64,000 nt of DNA. Source: Eledone cirrhosa. Lineage: Eukaryota. The notes below the pieces were generated by a model. It was given only the letters and a program-made list of their open reading frames with translations, was not told the origin of the DNA and searched no databases. Positions 63,234-64,000 of the stretch are shown in pieces. Positions within the stretch are counted from its first letter, which is position 1, and every line of letters starts with the position of its first letter. The stretch is taken from NCBI GenBank assembly GCA_964016885.1, contig OZ024753.1, positions 35,836,001 to 35,900,000 on the forward strand. The letters run 5' to 3'. Both the position numbers and the translations under genes were made by a program.

Positions 63234-63639
63234 GTGAGTATTCTTTTATTATTTAAAAAATGTTTTTTGTGGCTTGTAGGAGCCTAGATAAACATACATC
63301 GATGTGATCAACATGATAGGACTGGATTCTAGCATTAAAACTTCCGAGAAACTTTCTATGAGATGCAACTTTGAAGGAGGCCAGCTAAACCTAGACAGTT
63401 GTAAGCTGTAACAACATGATAGGATTGGAGCCCCTATCATTAAAACATCTAAAAGTGCCCTTGGGATACGACCTTGTAAGGAGACCAGCTAAGTGTACAT
63501 AGTGATGAGCTGTAAATTTAATTTTTCATTTTATTTGTGTTTGCTCCTAGTTCAGGGGAGATTTTTTTTCCATGCTGCAATTTACAGTAAACGGAAAAAA
63601 GAAAACCTCTTTTAAATTTTTTAAATTTTTTACTGTTAC

Positions 63640-63815
63640 AACATATTTCTTCTCACCGGTCGCCGTTGAAACCTCAGGCATCCTCGGACCCCATACAGCT
63701 GAGCTCCTTTGCAAAATCGGAACGTCAACAGCCTGTTTGAGGAAGGAGCCCTGCGTGTTTGGGGTGGGTGTTGCTAGACATTGTCTGTGGGATGCAGCCG
63801 AAATACAGCCCTGAC
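63640..63815 (+). mobile_element. Fragment of an RLE-type (CRE-like) non-LTR retrotransposon C-terminus
   Basis: YFFSPVAVETSGILGPHTAELLCKIG fits the F-x-P-x-A-x-E-T-x-G-x-x-G motif of restriction-like endonuclease elements; GC-richer than its flanks. Confidence 0.55.
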
Positions 63816-63963
63816 CTAGGCACATAGTCTGTCACCTTCTCCCGTTGCCTTGCCTAATAGTCCTTGCTCTTTCCTGACTTTTCTTCACATTTATGGCATT
63901 TATAGTCCTTTTCTTTACAGCCAGATCTGCCCTTCTTTTACCCCCCTGTTTTCTGTTTTGTAG

Positions 63964-64000
63964 GTAAGCAAATGTGGTATTGTTGAAAGTGTGATGAGTT
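63964..64000 (+). CDS. TOP2: TOP2 exon 11, start (runs off the window)
   Basis: ttttgtag|GTA AGC AAA TGT GGT ATT GTT GAA AGT GTG ATG AGT = VSKCGIVESVMS (cf. CGIVESIL). Confidence 0.9.

Overview
AT-rich, repeat-dense animal DNA; the SINE/RTE repertoire and very long (TA)n tracts suggest an octopus-type cephalopod (inference). Two intron-rich genes lie head-to-head across a promoter region at ~24.9-26.8 kb. UBE2G2 is on the minus strand; only its 43-nt first coding exon was found, so 1-24830 is probably intron. DNA topoisomerase II (TOP2) is on the plus strand, with ten GT-AG internal exons of the ATPase/transducer region at 53728-64000 after a ~27 kb first intron. Main observation: this single TOP2 gene has two candidate phase-0 first coding exons. 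MANDDVKWE resembles the vertebrate TOP2B start. MPSSPLK (21 nt) resembles vertebrate TOP2A MEVSPLQ and has its own NF-Y/E2F/MYB/CDE-CHR cell-cycle-type promoter. The introns also hold two apparently intact and several degenerate type I hammerhead ribozymes, RTE LINEs with a PHD finger inside the RT, SINEs sharing the RTE tail, a piggyBac fossil with its MITE family, other DNA-transposon remnants, minisatellites and a perfect 66-bp palindrome. Most ORF-track entries are microsatellite or repeat artefacts.
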